Source: Gordonia sp. (in: high G+C Gram-positive bacteria) (lineage in GTDB: Bacteria; Actinomycetota; Actinomycetes; Mycobacteriales; Mycobacteriaceae). From it: DNA of 64,000 nucleotides. Every line of letters begins with the position of its first letter. Position 1 is the stretch's first letter. The notes beneath the pieces were generated by a model. It searched no databases. It was not told where the DNA came from and saw only the letters and a program-made list of their open reading frames with translations. The DNA lies in assembly GCA_035343915.1 (NCBI GenBank), contig DAOQZZ010000013.1, forward strand, positions 9,171-73,170, written 5' to 3'. A program made the position numbers and the translations under genes. Shown here piece after piece: positions 49,515 through 58,487 of the stretch.

Positions 49515-50189
49515 TCAGGTCTCTCTGTCGATGAGTTTGTAGGGCCATGCCTCGTCGGGGATGTCCGACGTCTGACACGGCTTGTCGACGGCGGTGAACC
49601 ACCCGCGGTAGTGCATGATCTCGCCAAGAACGGGGTTGCGGACGGTTGCGTCGCAGCGGAACCGTTGGTGCTGCTCGTCCCATCCTTCGATGTACTTCAT
49701 CGTCGCCACCAAGGGGCCGCGAGGCGCGAGTTTGGGCCCCCGCAGCCATCGGGCCGGGCCGCTCTCCAAGAGCAACTCGCCAGCTCGGGTGACCTTCGGC
49801 TCAATGGGGAACAAGAGTTCCGGTCCGTCACCGAGATAGTCGACGAAACCGTCACGTCCATCGACGAGCACCGAGTTAAGGCCGCGGTCCCCCGAGCTGT
49901 AACCGAAGGTGCGCAACACGGCCAGGCACTCGCGGCCCAGTTCGTCGCGATAGCAGTAGTTGCCCGCCCGGAACGGGAGCATACGGCTGGTCTTCGACGG
50001 GATCGCGTTGCGCTTGCCGTAGAACCACACCACCGGCGGCGGAAGCGTCGGGGTGACGTACACCGATTCGAGGAGCCCGGTCATTATCTGCGCGACGCCC
50101 GACGTGGAGTCGATCCCGTAGCGCCATTGGAGATTTGGGTGCAGCCGGTCGAAATCAGAACCCAGTGCCGCGCGGTAGACCGGCGTCAT
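49515..50189 (-). CDS. DUF4166-family protein
   Basis: YRAALGSDFDRLHP, EGWDEQHQRF and V.NPVLG....Y.GWF motifs. Confidence 0.8.
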   Translation of the reverse strand: MTPVYRAALGSDFDRLHPNLQWRYGIDSTSGVAQIMTGLLESVYVTPTLPPPVVWFYGKRNAIPSKTSRMLPFRAGNYCYRDELGRECLAVLRTFGYSSGDRGLNSVLVDGRDGFVDYLGDGPELLFPIEPKVTRAGELLLESGPARWLRGPKLAPRGPLVATMKYIEGWDEQHQRFRCDATVRNPVLGEIMHYRGWFTAVDKPCQTSDIPDEAWPYKLIDRET

Positions 50190-50301
50190 GGGAGCACTCC
50201 TCTCTGATCGACCGAGTGCCCACATAGTACAAAGTGCAACTACTGCTCCGGTGGAAAACCGAACGGCCACATGATGACCGGAAATGGGCGGTCGTCTAAC
50301 C

Positions 50302-51312
50302 TCAGGCTTTCCCGGCTTCGCGGAACCGACCTGGGCTCATCCCGACCGTCTTCCGGAATGTCCGACTGAAGTGCGACACATCCTGATGGCCCACCGCGGC
50401 GGCCACCTCGGCAACCGATAACTCGGTGGTGTTCAGCAGCAGCTTCGCTCGGTCCATTCGCGCGCCATTCAGGAGTGCACTCGGAGTCAGACCCCTGGCG
50501 CCCAAGAGTTTCTGCATGGATCGCAAGGACATGCCGACATCGGCCGCGATGTGCGGCAGAGTCAGGTCCGGTTCGTGCAAATGATCCGCCACCACGCGTT
50601 TCACCGCCGCGACCTCACGAGTCCGGTAAACCTGCGCTGCGCCGGTATCGACAACGGCCTCCAGCACCGATGCCGCCAACATGTCCATCGTCGCCGCGGC
50701 GAAGGACTCGCGGACCTGCTCGGGCACATCGTCGTCGAGTCCGGCTAGATCCGCGATCAGCCGACCCACCACCGCCGAGGGGCCGGCGCTGTTGAACGCG
50801 CACCCGAGCGACCCCTCGAGGACGCGCTCGGGCAGGCGCGACACAATCGGAGTCGCCGGGATTCGAACCGCCACCTGAGAGAAGGCCGAGGGGGTGCGGA
50901 ACACGAACGGTGTGCCGAGATGAAGCAGGGTGAACGCACCGGGGCTCAGCACGTTCGTGCGATCACGCTGCTCGATCTCCACTGTTCCGGACGTCACCAT
51001 GCACACCAGGAAGCCGGCGGTCGGGTCTCCGCGGACCATCTCCGGCGACCGAACCACCGTGTGCTGTTGGCACTGGATCGAGCTGATGTGCAGATCGCCG
51101 AACGCGTGCCCGCTCCACTCCGCCTCGAGTCGATCCAAGCGATTCGGCCAGTCCACGCCCATATCGCCGTAGAGCGCGCCGATCGTGTCGGCCCACTCCC
51201 GGCGCCCTTCCATCGACCCCAGGTCAGCCGTGCGCAGACAGACGCGTTGAGCGCCCTCGCCGTTGCCCATGATCGTTCGCATTCGGCCATGCAATTGTTC
51301 GCGCTCAGCCAT
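50302..51312 (-). CDS. nphR: AraC-family activator (NphR/FeaR-like), divergent from the hydroxylase
   Basis: AraC C-terminus (SVAEVAAAVGHQDVSHFSRTFRKTVGMSPGRFR) with a FeaR-type N-terminal domain. Confidence 0.85.
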   Translation of the reverse strand: MAEREQLHGRMRTIMGNGEGAQRVCLRTADLGSMEGRREWADTIGALYGDMGVDWPNRLDRLEAEWSGHAFGDLHISSIQCQQHTVVRSPEMVRGDPTAGFLVCMVTSGTVEIEQRDRTNVLSPGAFTLLHLGTPFVFRTPSAFSQVAVRIPATPIVSRLPERVLEGSLGCAFNSAGPSAVVGRLIADLAGLDDDVPEQVRESFAAATMDMLAASVLEAVVDTGAAQVYRTREVAAVKRVVADHLHEPDLTLPHIAADVGMSLRSMQKLLGARGLTPSALLNGARMDRAKLLLNTTELSVAEVAAAVGHQDVSHFSRTFRKTVGMSPGRFREAGKA

Positions 51313-51335
51313 TTTGTGCCATCCCGGTGCCTCCT

Positions 51336-51351
51336 AGTGTTCTAGATCACA
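51336..51351. promoter_or_regulatory. CRP/GlxR-like box 1: AGTGTTCTAGATCACA
   Basis: GTG-N8-CAC core with a perfect TCACA half-site; one of three near-identical copies. Confidence 0.65.
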
Positions 51352-51376
51352 GGGACCAGCAAGCCCGACCGTACAC

Positions 51377-51411
51377 GCGGATATCGCACTGCACCACAGT
51401 CCGATATCCGC
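51377..51411. promoter_or_regulatory. Inverted repeat GCGGATATCG-N15-CGATATCCGC upstream of nphA1
   Basis: Perfect 10-bp arms 45-80 bp upstream of the start. Confidence 0.6.
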
Positions 51412-51455
51412 TCAACACAATTTGAAATTCCTAACAACCGCGAGGAGTTTGACCC

Positions 51456-53015
51456 ATGACGACCACACAGTCACCCGCTGACTCGGGCACACTCAACGAC
51501 GTCCGCCCGATGACAGGCGCAGAGTACATCGAATCCCTGCGTGACGACCGCGAAGTCTACTATCGCGGAGAACGCGTCGCCGACGTCACCACTCATCCGG
51601 CATTCCGGAATTCCGTCCGCTCGATCGCACGGATGTACGACACTCTCCATGCGCCCGAAATGCGGGGAATTCTGGCCGTGCCGACCGATACTGGCAATGG
51701 TGGTTACACCCACCCGTTCTTCAAGACCGCCCACACCGCAGAGGACCTCGTCCTCTCCCGCGACGCCATCGTCGCGTGGCAGCGCGAGGTGTACGGGTGG
51801 ATGGGACGCTCACCCGATTACAAGGCGTCCTTCCTCGGCACACTCGGCGCCAACGCCGACTTCTACGGCGAATACAAGCAGAATGCTTTGCACTGGTACA
51901 AGACGTGCCAGGAGCGCCTGCTCTACCTCAACCACGCCATTGTCCACCCACCGATCGACCGCGACAAGCCGGCCGACGAGACTGCCGACATCTGCGTCCA
52001 CGTCGACGAGGAGACCGATTCGGGATTGATCGTCTCGGGGGCCAAGGTCGTGGCCACCGGATCGGCGATCACCAACGCCAACTTCATTGCGCACTACGGA
52101 CTTCCGTTGCGCAAGAAGGAGTTCGGCCTAGTATTCACCGTTCCGATGGACTCCCCCGGACTCAAATTGATCTGTCGAAGCTCCTATGAGATGAATGCGG
52201 CAGTAATGGGGACCCCATTCGACTACCCATTGTCGAGCCGATTCGACGAAAACGATTCGATCATGGTCTTTGATCGGGTGCTGGTGCCGTGGGAGAACGT
52301 CTTCGCCTACGACGTTGAGACGAGCAACAATTTCGTCATGCGATCGGGATTCCTGCCCCGTTTCGTGTTCCATGGTTGCGCGCGACTTGCCGTCAAACTC
52401 GATTTCATCGCGGGCTGCGTGATGAAGGCCGTCGAGATGACCGGTACTTCCGGATTCCGCGGAGTGCAGATGCAGATCGGTGAAATCCTCAATTGGCGGG
52501 ACATGTTCTGGGCGCTCTCCGACGCCATGGCCAAGTCGCCGCAGCCCTGGGTGAACGACACTGTTCAGCCCAACCTCAACTACGGCCTCGCCTATCGCAC
52601 CTTCATGGGCGTCGGGTACCCGCGCGTGAAGGAGATCATTGAGCAGGTCGTCGGCAGCGGGCTGATCTATCTGAATTCCCACGCCAGCGATTTCGGGAAT
52701 CCAGAGATCGCCAAGTACCTGAATCAGTACGTCCGCGGTTCCAACGGCGTCGCGGCGATCGACCGCATCCAACTCCTGAAACTGTTGTGGGACGCCGTTG
52801 GCAGCGAGTTCGCCGGCCGCCACGAGCTGTACGAGCGGAACTACGGCGGCGACCACGAAGCAGTGCGGTTCCAGACCCTGTTCGCCTATCAGGGCAGCGG
52901 GCAGGACGTGGCACTCAAGGGCTTCGCCGAGCAGTGCATGTCCGAGTACGACGTCAACGGATGGACTCGGCCGGATCTGATCAACAACGACGATCTCGCG
53001 ATCGTCACGCGCTGA
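51456..53015 (+). CDS. nphA1: Two-component flavin-dependent phenol/4-nitrophenol/alkylphenol hydroxylase, oxygenase subunit (HpaB family)
   Basis: [33 protein letters not shown] and [12 protein letters not shown] motifs; strongly resembles Rhodococcus NphA1/AphA as recalled. Confidence 0.9.
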   Translation: MTTTQSPADSGTLNDVRPMTGAEYIESLRDDREVYYRGERVADVTTHPAFRNSVRSIARMYDTLHAPEMRGILAVPTDTGNGGYTHPFFKTAHTAEDLVLSRDAIVAWQREVYGWMGRSPDYKASFLGTLGANADFYGEYKQNALHWYKTCQERLLYLNHAIVHPPIDRDKPADETADICVHVDEETDSGLIVSGAKVVATGSAITNANFIAHYGLPLRKKEFGLVFTVPMDSPGLKLICRSSYEMNAAVMGTPFDYPLSSRFDENDSIMVFDRVLVPWENVFAYDVETSNNFVMRSGFLPRFVFHGCARLAVKLDFIAGCVMKAVEMTGTSGFRGVQMQIGEILNWRDMFWALSDAMAKSPQPWVNDTVQPNLNYGLAYRTFMGVGYPRVKEIIEQVVGSGLIYLNSHASDFGNPEIAKYLNQYVRGSNGVAAIDRIQLLKLLWDAVGSEFAGRHELYERNYGGDHEAVRFQTLFAYQGSGQDVALKGFAEQCMSEYDVNGWTRPDLINNDDLAIVTR

Positions 53016-53032
53016 CCTGGGCGACGTCAACC

Positions 53033-53557
53033 ATGACCTCCCCCGAATCCGATCTCGATGCGACCCCACTGCGAATGCGAAAAGCCCTGGGCCGCTTCGC
53101 CAGTGGCGTCACCATCGTCACCACCGCCGAGAGCGAACTCGACGACTCCGTCCACGGGATGACGGCGAACGCCTTCACCTCGGTCTCGCTCGATCCGCCG
53201 TTGGTCCTCGTGTCGATCGCCAATCGCGCCAAGATGAACGACAAGATCACCGCAACCGGACGATATGGCGTATCGATCCTGGCCAGCGATCAGGAGCCCC
53301 TGTCCCTGCACTTTGCGGGAGCAACGGAGCGCCACGACCTCGTCCGATTCACCTGGCGAAAAGGCGTCCCACTCCTCGAAGGTGCTCTGGTCCATCTCTC
53401 CTGCCAGGTCACCGATTCACATCCGGCCGGGGACCACACCCTCCATATCGGCCGTGTCGACGAGCTGTGGTACGACGATGGCCGACCCCTGGTGTTCTAC
53501 ACCGGCAGCTTCCGAGCGCTCGAACTGCAAACCCCCGACGAAGCCTGGGGGTTCTGA
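53033..53557 (+). CDS. nphA2: Flavin reductase (HpaC family)
   Basis: GRFASGVTIVT, GMTANAFTSVSLDPPLVL and GDHTL motifs. Confidence 0.92.
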   Translation: MTSPESDLDATPLRMRKALGRFASGVTIVTTAESELDDSVHGMTANAFTSVSLDPPLVLVSIANRAKMNDKITATGRYGVSILASDQEPLSLHFAGATERHDLVRFTWRKGVPLLEGALVHLSCQVTDSHPAGDHTLHIGRVDELWYDDGRPLVFYTGSFRALELQTPDEAWGF

Positions 53558-53599
53558 CCGATGCGACGACGGCACCTCGGTTGCGGGCCGGCCTCGGTC

Positions 53600-54610
53600 T
53601 CAACGAGGCCCGGTGCGGTACCGCCCCGGACTGGTGCCGGTCACCCGGCGGAACACCCGGCTGAAATGCGACACGTCACTGAAGCCCAGTTCGTCGCATA
53701 CCTCGGCACAGCTGTATTCGGTGGTGCGCAGGAGCACGCATGCGCGATCGATGCGACGGTCATAGAGCCACTTGCGGGGCGTAGTTCCGACGATGGTGAA
53801 CAGATTGTGGATGTATCGCACCGACATCCCGAGTTCAACGCCGACCTGCGCGACCGTCCGCTCGGGGTCGCCGATGCCGGCCAGCAGTGCCTGCTGCACC
53901 ATCCACAGATCGCGGGCGTGGATCCGATCCGTCTGGGACAGCGACGGCGTCGGAGCGCACTGCGCGACCGCCGCGGCGACCATCTCGGCGATGGCCGGCG
54001 CGATGTGTTCGCACTCGTCGTCGCCGAGTTCATCGACGTCGGCGACGATATCGACCAGCATCCTCGACGCCAATCGTCCGACGCCGGACTGCGCCGAGAT
54101 CCGTCGACCGAGAATCTCGTCGAGAACCGGTGTCGTCACCCGGTCGCGCAGTTTGCCGCCGGGAATCCGCAACACGATCTGGGCGAACTCGGTCTCCCCG
54201 CGCACCACGAACGGCATCGAGGCGTCGACGAAGCCGAACGCACCCTCGTCCAGGCAATCCGACCGTCCGGACTGGGAGATCGTCGCGGTCCCCTCGGTGA
54301 TGAGACAGAGCAGCAGGTCCTCCGACGGACCGGACGAGATCATCGTCGGGGTGCGGATCACCGCATGGGGGTCGGCGCGCACCTTGCTCACCGACATATC
54401 GCCCAGCCCACGCGCATGGACCTCGGCGGTGAAGCCGCCGCGCTTGCCCGTTTCCGGCCAGCTCAGATCCATCTCGCAGTAGGTGGAGGCAACCGTGTTC
54501 GACCAGACCTCGCGGCTCTCGGCCCAGGCCAGATCACGGGTGCTGACCGCAACTTTTGCGCCCGTGGAGTCCGTGCAATCGCGGTCAATCATTCGTGCGC
54601 TCGTGGTCAT
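53600..54610 (-). CDS. AraC-family activator (probable P450 operon regulator)
   Basis: FeaR-type N-terminal domain and GFSDVSHFSRVFRR HTH; paralogue of the 50302 gene. Confidence 0.9.
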   Translation of the reverse strand: MTTSARMIDRDCTDSTGAKVAVSTRDLAWAESREVWSNTVASTYCEMDLSWPETGKRGGFTAEVHARGLGDMSVSKVRADPHAVIRTPTMISSGPSEDLLLCLITEGTATISQSGRSDCLDEGAFGFVDASMPFVVRGETEFAQIVLRIPGGKLRDRVTTPVLDEILGRRISAQSGVGRLASRMLVDIVADVDELGDDECEHIAPAIAEMVAAAVAQCAPTPSLSQTDRIHARDLWMVQQALLAGIGDPERTVAQVGVELGMSVRYIHNLFTIVGTTPRKWLYDRRIDRACVLLRTTEYSCAEVCDELGFSDVSHFSRVFRRVTGTSPGRYRTGPR

Positions 54611-54653
54611 TCTGCTACCCCACTTTCGCACCATAGTGTTCCAGATCACAGGG
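54571..54653. repeat. Direct repeat copy A (araC 5' end plus CRP-like box AGTGTTCCAGATCACA at 54635-54650)
   Basis: 39/43 and 20/21 identities to 58323-58365 and 58384-58404. Confidence 0.9.
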
Positions 54654-54852
54654 ATCGGACGTCTCCGAGACCGCAATCGCCGAACCAGATGCCCGCCCTC
54701 CCAGCCCGAATCCCAGATACCCGAATCGATATTTCACAACAATCGCGGCGCGTACCGCTGACCGGAACGTTCTTCTGGACGTGATCACCGGAACCGCCAC
54801 ATAGTTCCCTTGGGCACGTCCGCACCAGCCCGCCAACCCACAGGAGGTCGCG

Positions 54853-55662
54853 ATGGCAGCACTCCAAACGATTCAGAAGATCGGTCCCGTACTCGATCTG
54901 TTCACCGTTTCCCGGCCCGAGTGGGGCGTGTCGGAGGTCGCTGCGCAGATCAACGTTCCCCGGTCCAGCGCGCACGCGCTCCTCGCCTCTCTTGTCGACA
55001 TCGGACTCCTGCAGTGCCGCTCACGAGGGCGCTATCGGATCGGCTGGCGGATCATCGAGCTGAACCAGACCCTCCAGGGCACCGTCGACGTCAAGTCGTG
55101 CGCTTCACCGGTGCTGCAGGCCCTGTCCGATGAATACGGAGAGACCACTCACCTGGCGATCCTGGAGCGATACCGGGTGTTCTACGTCGACAAAGTGGTC
55201 GGCAACCACATCATCAACATCACCGGTGCGCGCGTGGGGGCCCATCTCGATGCTCACTGCAGCGCCGTCGGCAAAGTACTCCTCGCGCACTGCCACAGCG
55301 ACGAGATCGAACGCAATGTGACCAACAAACCGCTCCGACGATTGACGGCCGCCACCGTGACCGATCCGGCCGCACTCCAGGCCGAGCTCCGGACCGCATT
55401 GCGCAACGGCTGTGCCTACGACAACGGCGAGGCGGCTCCCGAAGTCCACTGCGTGGCCGCGCCGATTCGCGACGGTATGGGAGCGGTCGTCGCGGCGATC
55501 AGCATCACGGCCCCGTCGAGTCGGTTCCTCCCCGCCCGGAACGAATACCGTCGCGCCGTTATCGCTGCCGCGGCGACTGTCTCCAAGTCCCTGGCGACGT
55601 CGGCGGACAAACCGCTTGAGCCCGGACTCGACAATCCGACCCTGCACGTCGTCGCCGGGTGA
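54853..55662 (+). CDS. IclR-family regulator
   Basis: WGVSEVAAQINVPRSSAHALL, HCSAVGKVLLA and AAISITAP motifs. Confidence 0.93.
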   Translation: MAALQTIQKIGPVLDLFTVSRPEWGVSEVAAQINVPRSSAHALLASLVDIGLLQCRSRGRYRIGWRIIELNQTLQGTVDVKSCASPVLQALSDEYGETTHLAILERYRVFYVDKVVGNHIINITGARVGAHLDAHCSAVGKVLLAHCHSDEIERNVTNKPLRRLTAATVTDPAALQAELRTALRNGCAYDNGEAAPEVHCVAAPIRDGMGAVVAAISITAPSSRFLPARNEYRRAVIAAAATVSKSLATSADKPLEPGLDNPTLHVVAG

Positions 55663-55684
55663 GTCGGCGATGACGGCGGTGGCG

Positions 55685-56443
55685 TCAATCCCTCAGGTGA
55701 CGGGACAGGCCGAGCGCCGCAGTCCGCACGGCGGCCGCCGTATGGTCCAGATTGATCCGGTTGTGCCATCCCGACACCGAGATGCCGGCCACGACTCGAC
55801 CGTCGGAACCGAATACCGGACTGGCCACGCACACCAGCCCCGGCTTCGACTCCTCGAGGTCGTAGGCCACACCCCGGTCGACGATCCGGGTCAATTCCTC
55901 GGTGAGCAGGCCTGCGCCGGTGATGGTCCGCTCGCTGACCCGCGGAAGCCCGGCGGCAAGCACGCGCTCGACCACCGACGGCTCGGAATGGGCCAGTATC
56001 GCCTTGCCGATCCCGGTCGCGTGAGCCGGCCACCGTACCCCGGCCCGGGTCGGCAGGGGCGGCCCGGCCGGGCCCACCAGCACCTCGACGTAGACCACCG
56101 ATTCACCGTCCAAAACGGCCAGGTGCACGGTCTGCCGGGTCGCCTCGCGGAGGTCCTCCATAACGGGGCGCGCAGCCTCGCGCAGATTGCGCTGACGGGG
56201 AACCCGTTGCCCCAATTCGAACAGTTTCAGCCCGAGGCGGTAGCCGCGGTCGGCGCGCTCGACCAACCGGTGTTCGTCGAGTTCGTTGGCAATCCGGAAG
56301 ACACTCGACTTCGAGATGCCGGTACGTCGGGCGAGTTCGGAGACACCCAGCGGCTCGTCCTCGTCGGCCAGCTCCTCCAGCACACGCACCGCGCGCGCTA
56401 TTGCACCGACCTCGTTCCGCTCACCGGCACGACTGGCCTCCAT
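55685..56443 (-). CDS. IclR-family regulator
   Basis: LGVSELARRTGISKSSVFR, HATGIGKAILA and GLVCVASP motifs. Confidence 0.93.
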   Translation of the reverse strand: MEASRAGERNEVGAIARAVRVLEELADEDEPLGVSELARRTGISKSSVFRIANELDEHRLVERADRGYRLGLKLFELGQRVPRQRNLREAARPVMEDLREATRQTVHLAVLDGESVVYVEVLVGPAGPPLPTRAGVRWPAHATGIGKAILAHSEPSVVERVLAAGLPRVSERTITGAGLLTEELTRIVDRGVAYDLEESKPGLVCVASPVFGSDGRVVAGISVSGWHNRINLDHTAAAVRTAALGLSRHLRD

Positions 56444-56520
56444 GGTTCTCCAGCCTGCCCTGCCAACACGCCCAGCGCAACGAATCCGCGGGAGAACGCC
56501 GCAGAAGGAAGACAGCCGTC

Positions 56521-57309
56521 ATGACCAACCAGATACAGTCGGCCGCCGACGCCCTCCTTGAGGCCTACCGGACCAGATCTCCGATCGAACCGCTCACCCC
56601 GATGTTCGCGCAGGCCCCGCTCTCGACCGCCTACGAGATCGCCCTTGCGCAGGTCGAGTCGTGGGTCAAAGCCGGCGACGCCGTCAAAGGCCACAAGGTG
56701 GGCCTCGCCTCCCGTGCGATGCAGCGCCAGGCCGGCGTCGACCAACCCGACTTCGGCCACCTCACCACGAGCATGTTCCACCTCGAACACCAGCCCATCC
56801 CGGCGGACACCTACATCCAGCCTCGCATCGAACCCGAAGTCGCATTCGTGCTGTCCAAGCCGCTCACCGGGCCCGGCGTGACCGTCGCCGAGGCTGCGGC
56901 GGCCGTCGACTTCGTACTCGCATCGCTCGAGATCGTCGATTCCCGCATCCGCGACTGGAAGATCGGCATCTTCGACACCGTGGCCGACAACGCCTCGTCC
57001 GGCGGGGTCGTACTGGGCAGCCGACCGGTGCGCCTGACCGACGTCGATCTGCGCTTGTCCGGGTGCAACCTATCTGTCAACGGCGAACTGGTGGCCACCG
57101 GCGCCGGCGGCGCGGTCCTGGGGTCCCCGCTCAATTCGCTGGTGTGGCTGGCCAACACCGTCGGCCCGCTCGGCGTCACCCTCGAGCCCGGGCACGTCGT
57201 CCTTCCCGGCTCGGTCACCCGAGCCGTACCGATAGCCCCGGGCGACGCGATCGTCGCCGACTTCGCCGGCATCGGAAGTGTCACCGCCATCTTGGGAGAG
57301 AACAAATGA
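56521..57309 (+). CDS. mhpD: 2-keto-4-pentenoate (2-hydroxypenta-2,4-dienoate) hydratase
   Basis: GHKVGL, PRIEPE, EIVDSRI.DWKI, DTVADNASSG and VLPGS motifs. Confidence 0.88.
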   Translation: MTNQIQSAADALLEAYRTRSPIEPLTPMFAQAPLSTAYEIALAQVESWVKAGDAVKGHKVGLASRAMQRQAGVDQPDFGHLTTSMFHLEHQPIPADTYIQPRIEPEVAFVLSKPLTGPGVTVAEAAAAVDFVLASLEIVDSRIRDWKIGIFDTVADNASSGGVVLGSRPVRLTDVDLRLSGCNLSVNGELVATGAGGAVLGSPLNSLVWLANTVGPLGVTLEPGHVVLPGSVTRAVPIAPGDAIVADFAGIGSVTAILGENK

Positions 57310-58094
57310 CCACCGAGACCTGGAACGCGGCCAGGGTCGCCGACACCCTGCTGTCGTGCGAACGCGGACGGACGCCACGGACGTCGATTGCGGCGGAGTG
57401 GCCCGGCCTGGACCTGCACACCGCCTACATCGCGCAGGACATCGCGCTGGCCGACCGCCGCAGCAACGGCGAAGTGGTCACCGGCGTGAAACTCGGCCTA
57501 ACTTCGCGTGCCAAGCAACAGCAGATGGGCGTCGACGAGCCGTCGGTGGCCTGGCTGACCGATGCGATGGTCCTACCCGCCGGTCTGCCGGTGCCGGCCG
57601 ACCGGCTCATCCATCCACGTGCCGAACCAGAAATCGCATTCGTCATGGGCCGGCGCCTGGCAGGTCCCGGCGTCACCGCTGCTACGGCACTCGCAGCCGT
57701 CGACGTTATCCTCGGCGCCATCGAGATCATCGACAGCCGGTACTCCGGTTTCAAGTTCACCCTTGCCGACGCGGTCGCCGACAACAATTCGTCCGGCGTG
57801 TACGTCACCGGGGGGATCGCTCGTCGCGCGGCCGACGTCGACCTGCCGCTAGAGGCCTGCCTGCTCGAGATCGACGGTCACGTCGTCGACAGCGCGACCG
57901 GGTCCGCGGTGCTCGGGAACCCGGCCGAAGCCCTCGCCTTCGCCGCCAACACCCTCGCTGCCCGCGGACATGCCATCGAGGCCGGCTGGATCGTCCTGAC
58001 CGGCGGCATGACCGACGCCGTCGCCGTCGAGCGCGGCGCGCGGGTCGCCGCACACTTCACCACGCTCGGATCCATCACACTCGCGGGAGGATAG
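57306..58094 (+). CDS. dmpH: 4-oxalocrotonate decarboxylase
   Basis: GVKLGLTSRAKQQQMGV, HPRAEPE, DSRY..FKF and VLTGGMT motifs. Confidence 0.88.
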   Translation: MTTETWNAARVADTLLSCERGRTPRTSIAAEWPGLDLHTAYIAQDIALADRRSNGEVVTGVKLGLTSRAKQQQMGVDEPSVAWLTDAMVLPAGLPVPADRLIHPRAEPEIAFVMGRRLAGPGVTAATALAAVDVILGAIEIIDSRYSGFKFTLADAVADNNSSGVYVTGGIARRAADVDLPLEACLLEIDGHVVDSATGSAVLGNPAEALAFAANTLAARGHAIEAGWIVLTGGMTDAVAVERGARVAAHFTTLGSITLAGG

Positions 58095-58096
58095 CC

Positions 58097-58297
58097 ATGC
58101 CGATCATCGACGTCACACTGACCCAAGGACGATCGCCGGAGCAGTTGCGCACCCTCATCCACGAGCTCACCCTCGCGGCCCAGCGGGCCGTCGACGCACC
58201 CTTGACGTCGATCCGGGTGATGGTGCGCGAAGTACCGTCAACCCATTTCGCCGCCGGCGATGTGACGATCGCCGAAAGGCGATCGTCGACGTCCTGA
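58097..58297 (+). CDS. dmpI: 4-oxalocrotonate tautomerase
   Basis: 66 aa; catalytic N-terminal Pro (MPII), GRSPEQ and IRVMVREVP motifs. Confidence 0.9.
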   Translation: MPIIDVTLTQGRSPEQLRTLIHELTLAAQRAVDAPLTSIRVMVREVPSTHFAAGDVTIAERRSSTS

Positions 58298-58322
58298 ACT
58301 GCGCCGACGGTGCTCGACCGAC

Positions 58323-58404
58323 CCGTGCAACCGCGGTCAATCATCCGTGCACTCGTGGCCATTCTCTGAGGATCCAACCGCCAATAGTGTTCCAAATCAC
58401 AGGG
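58323..58404. pseudogene. Remnant of araC 5' end (MATSARMIDRGCT, minus strand) plus CRP-like box AGTGTTCCAAATCACA (58386-58401); direct repeat copy B
   Basis: Matches the first 13 codons of the 53600-54610 gene (MTTSARMIDRDCT); the similarity stops near 58320. Confidence 0.8.
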
Positions 58405-58487
58405 CCGGTTCAACTCGACCGGCGCTGCTGACCACCAGAACCCCAGAATCCCCAGCCTCGGATTCTTCCCTCTGAATGGAGCACCCC

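Noticed and set aside
54700-54728. CCCGAATC short repeats and a similar CCAGAATCCCCAG at 58443 as AraC sites
   Set aside because: Too short and degenerate to support without a footprint or alignment.
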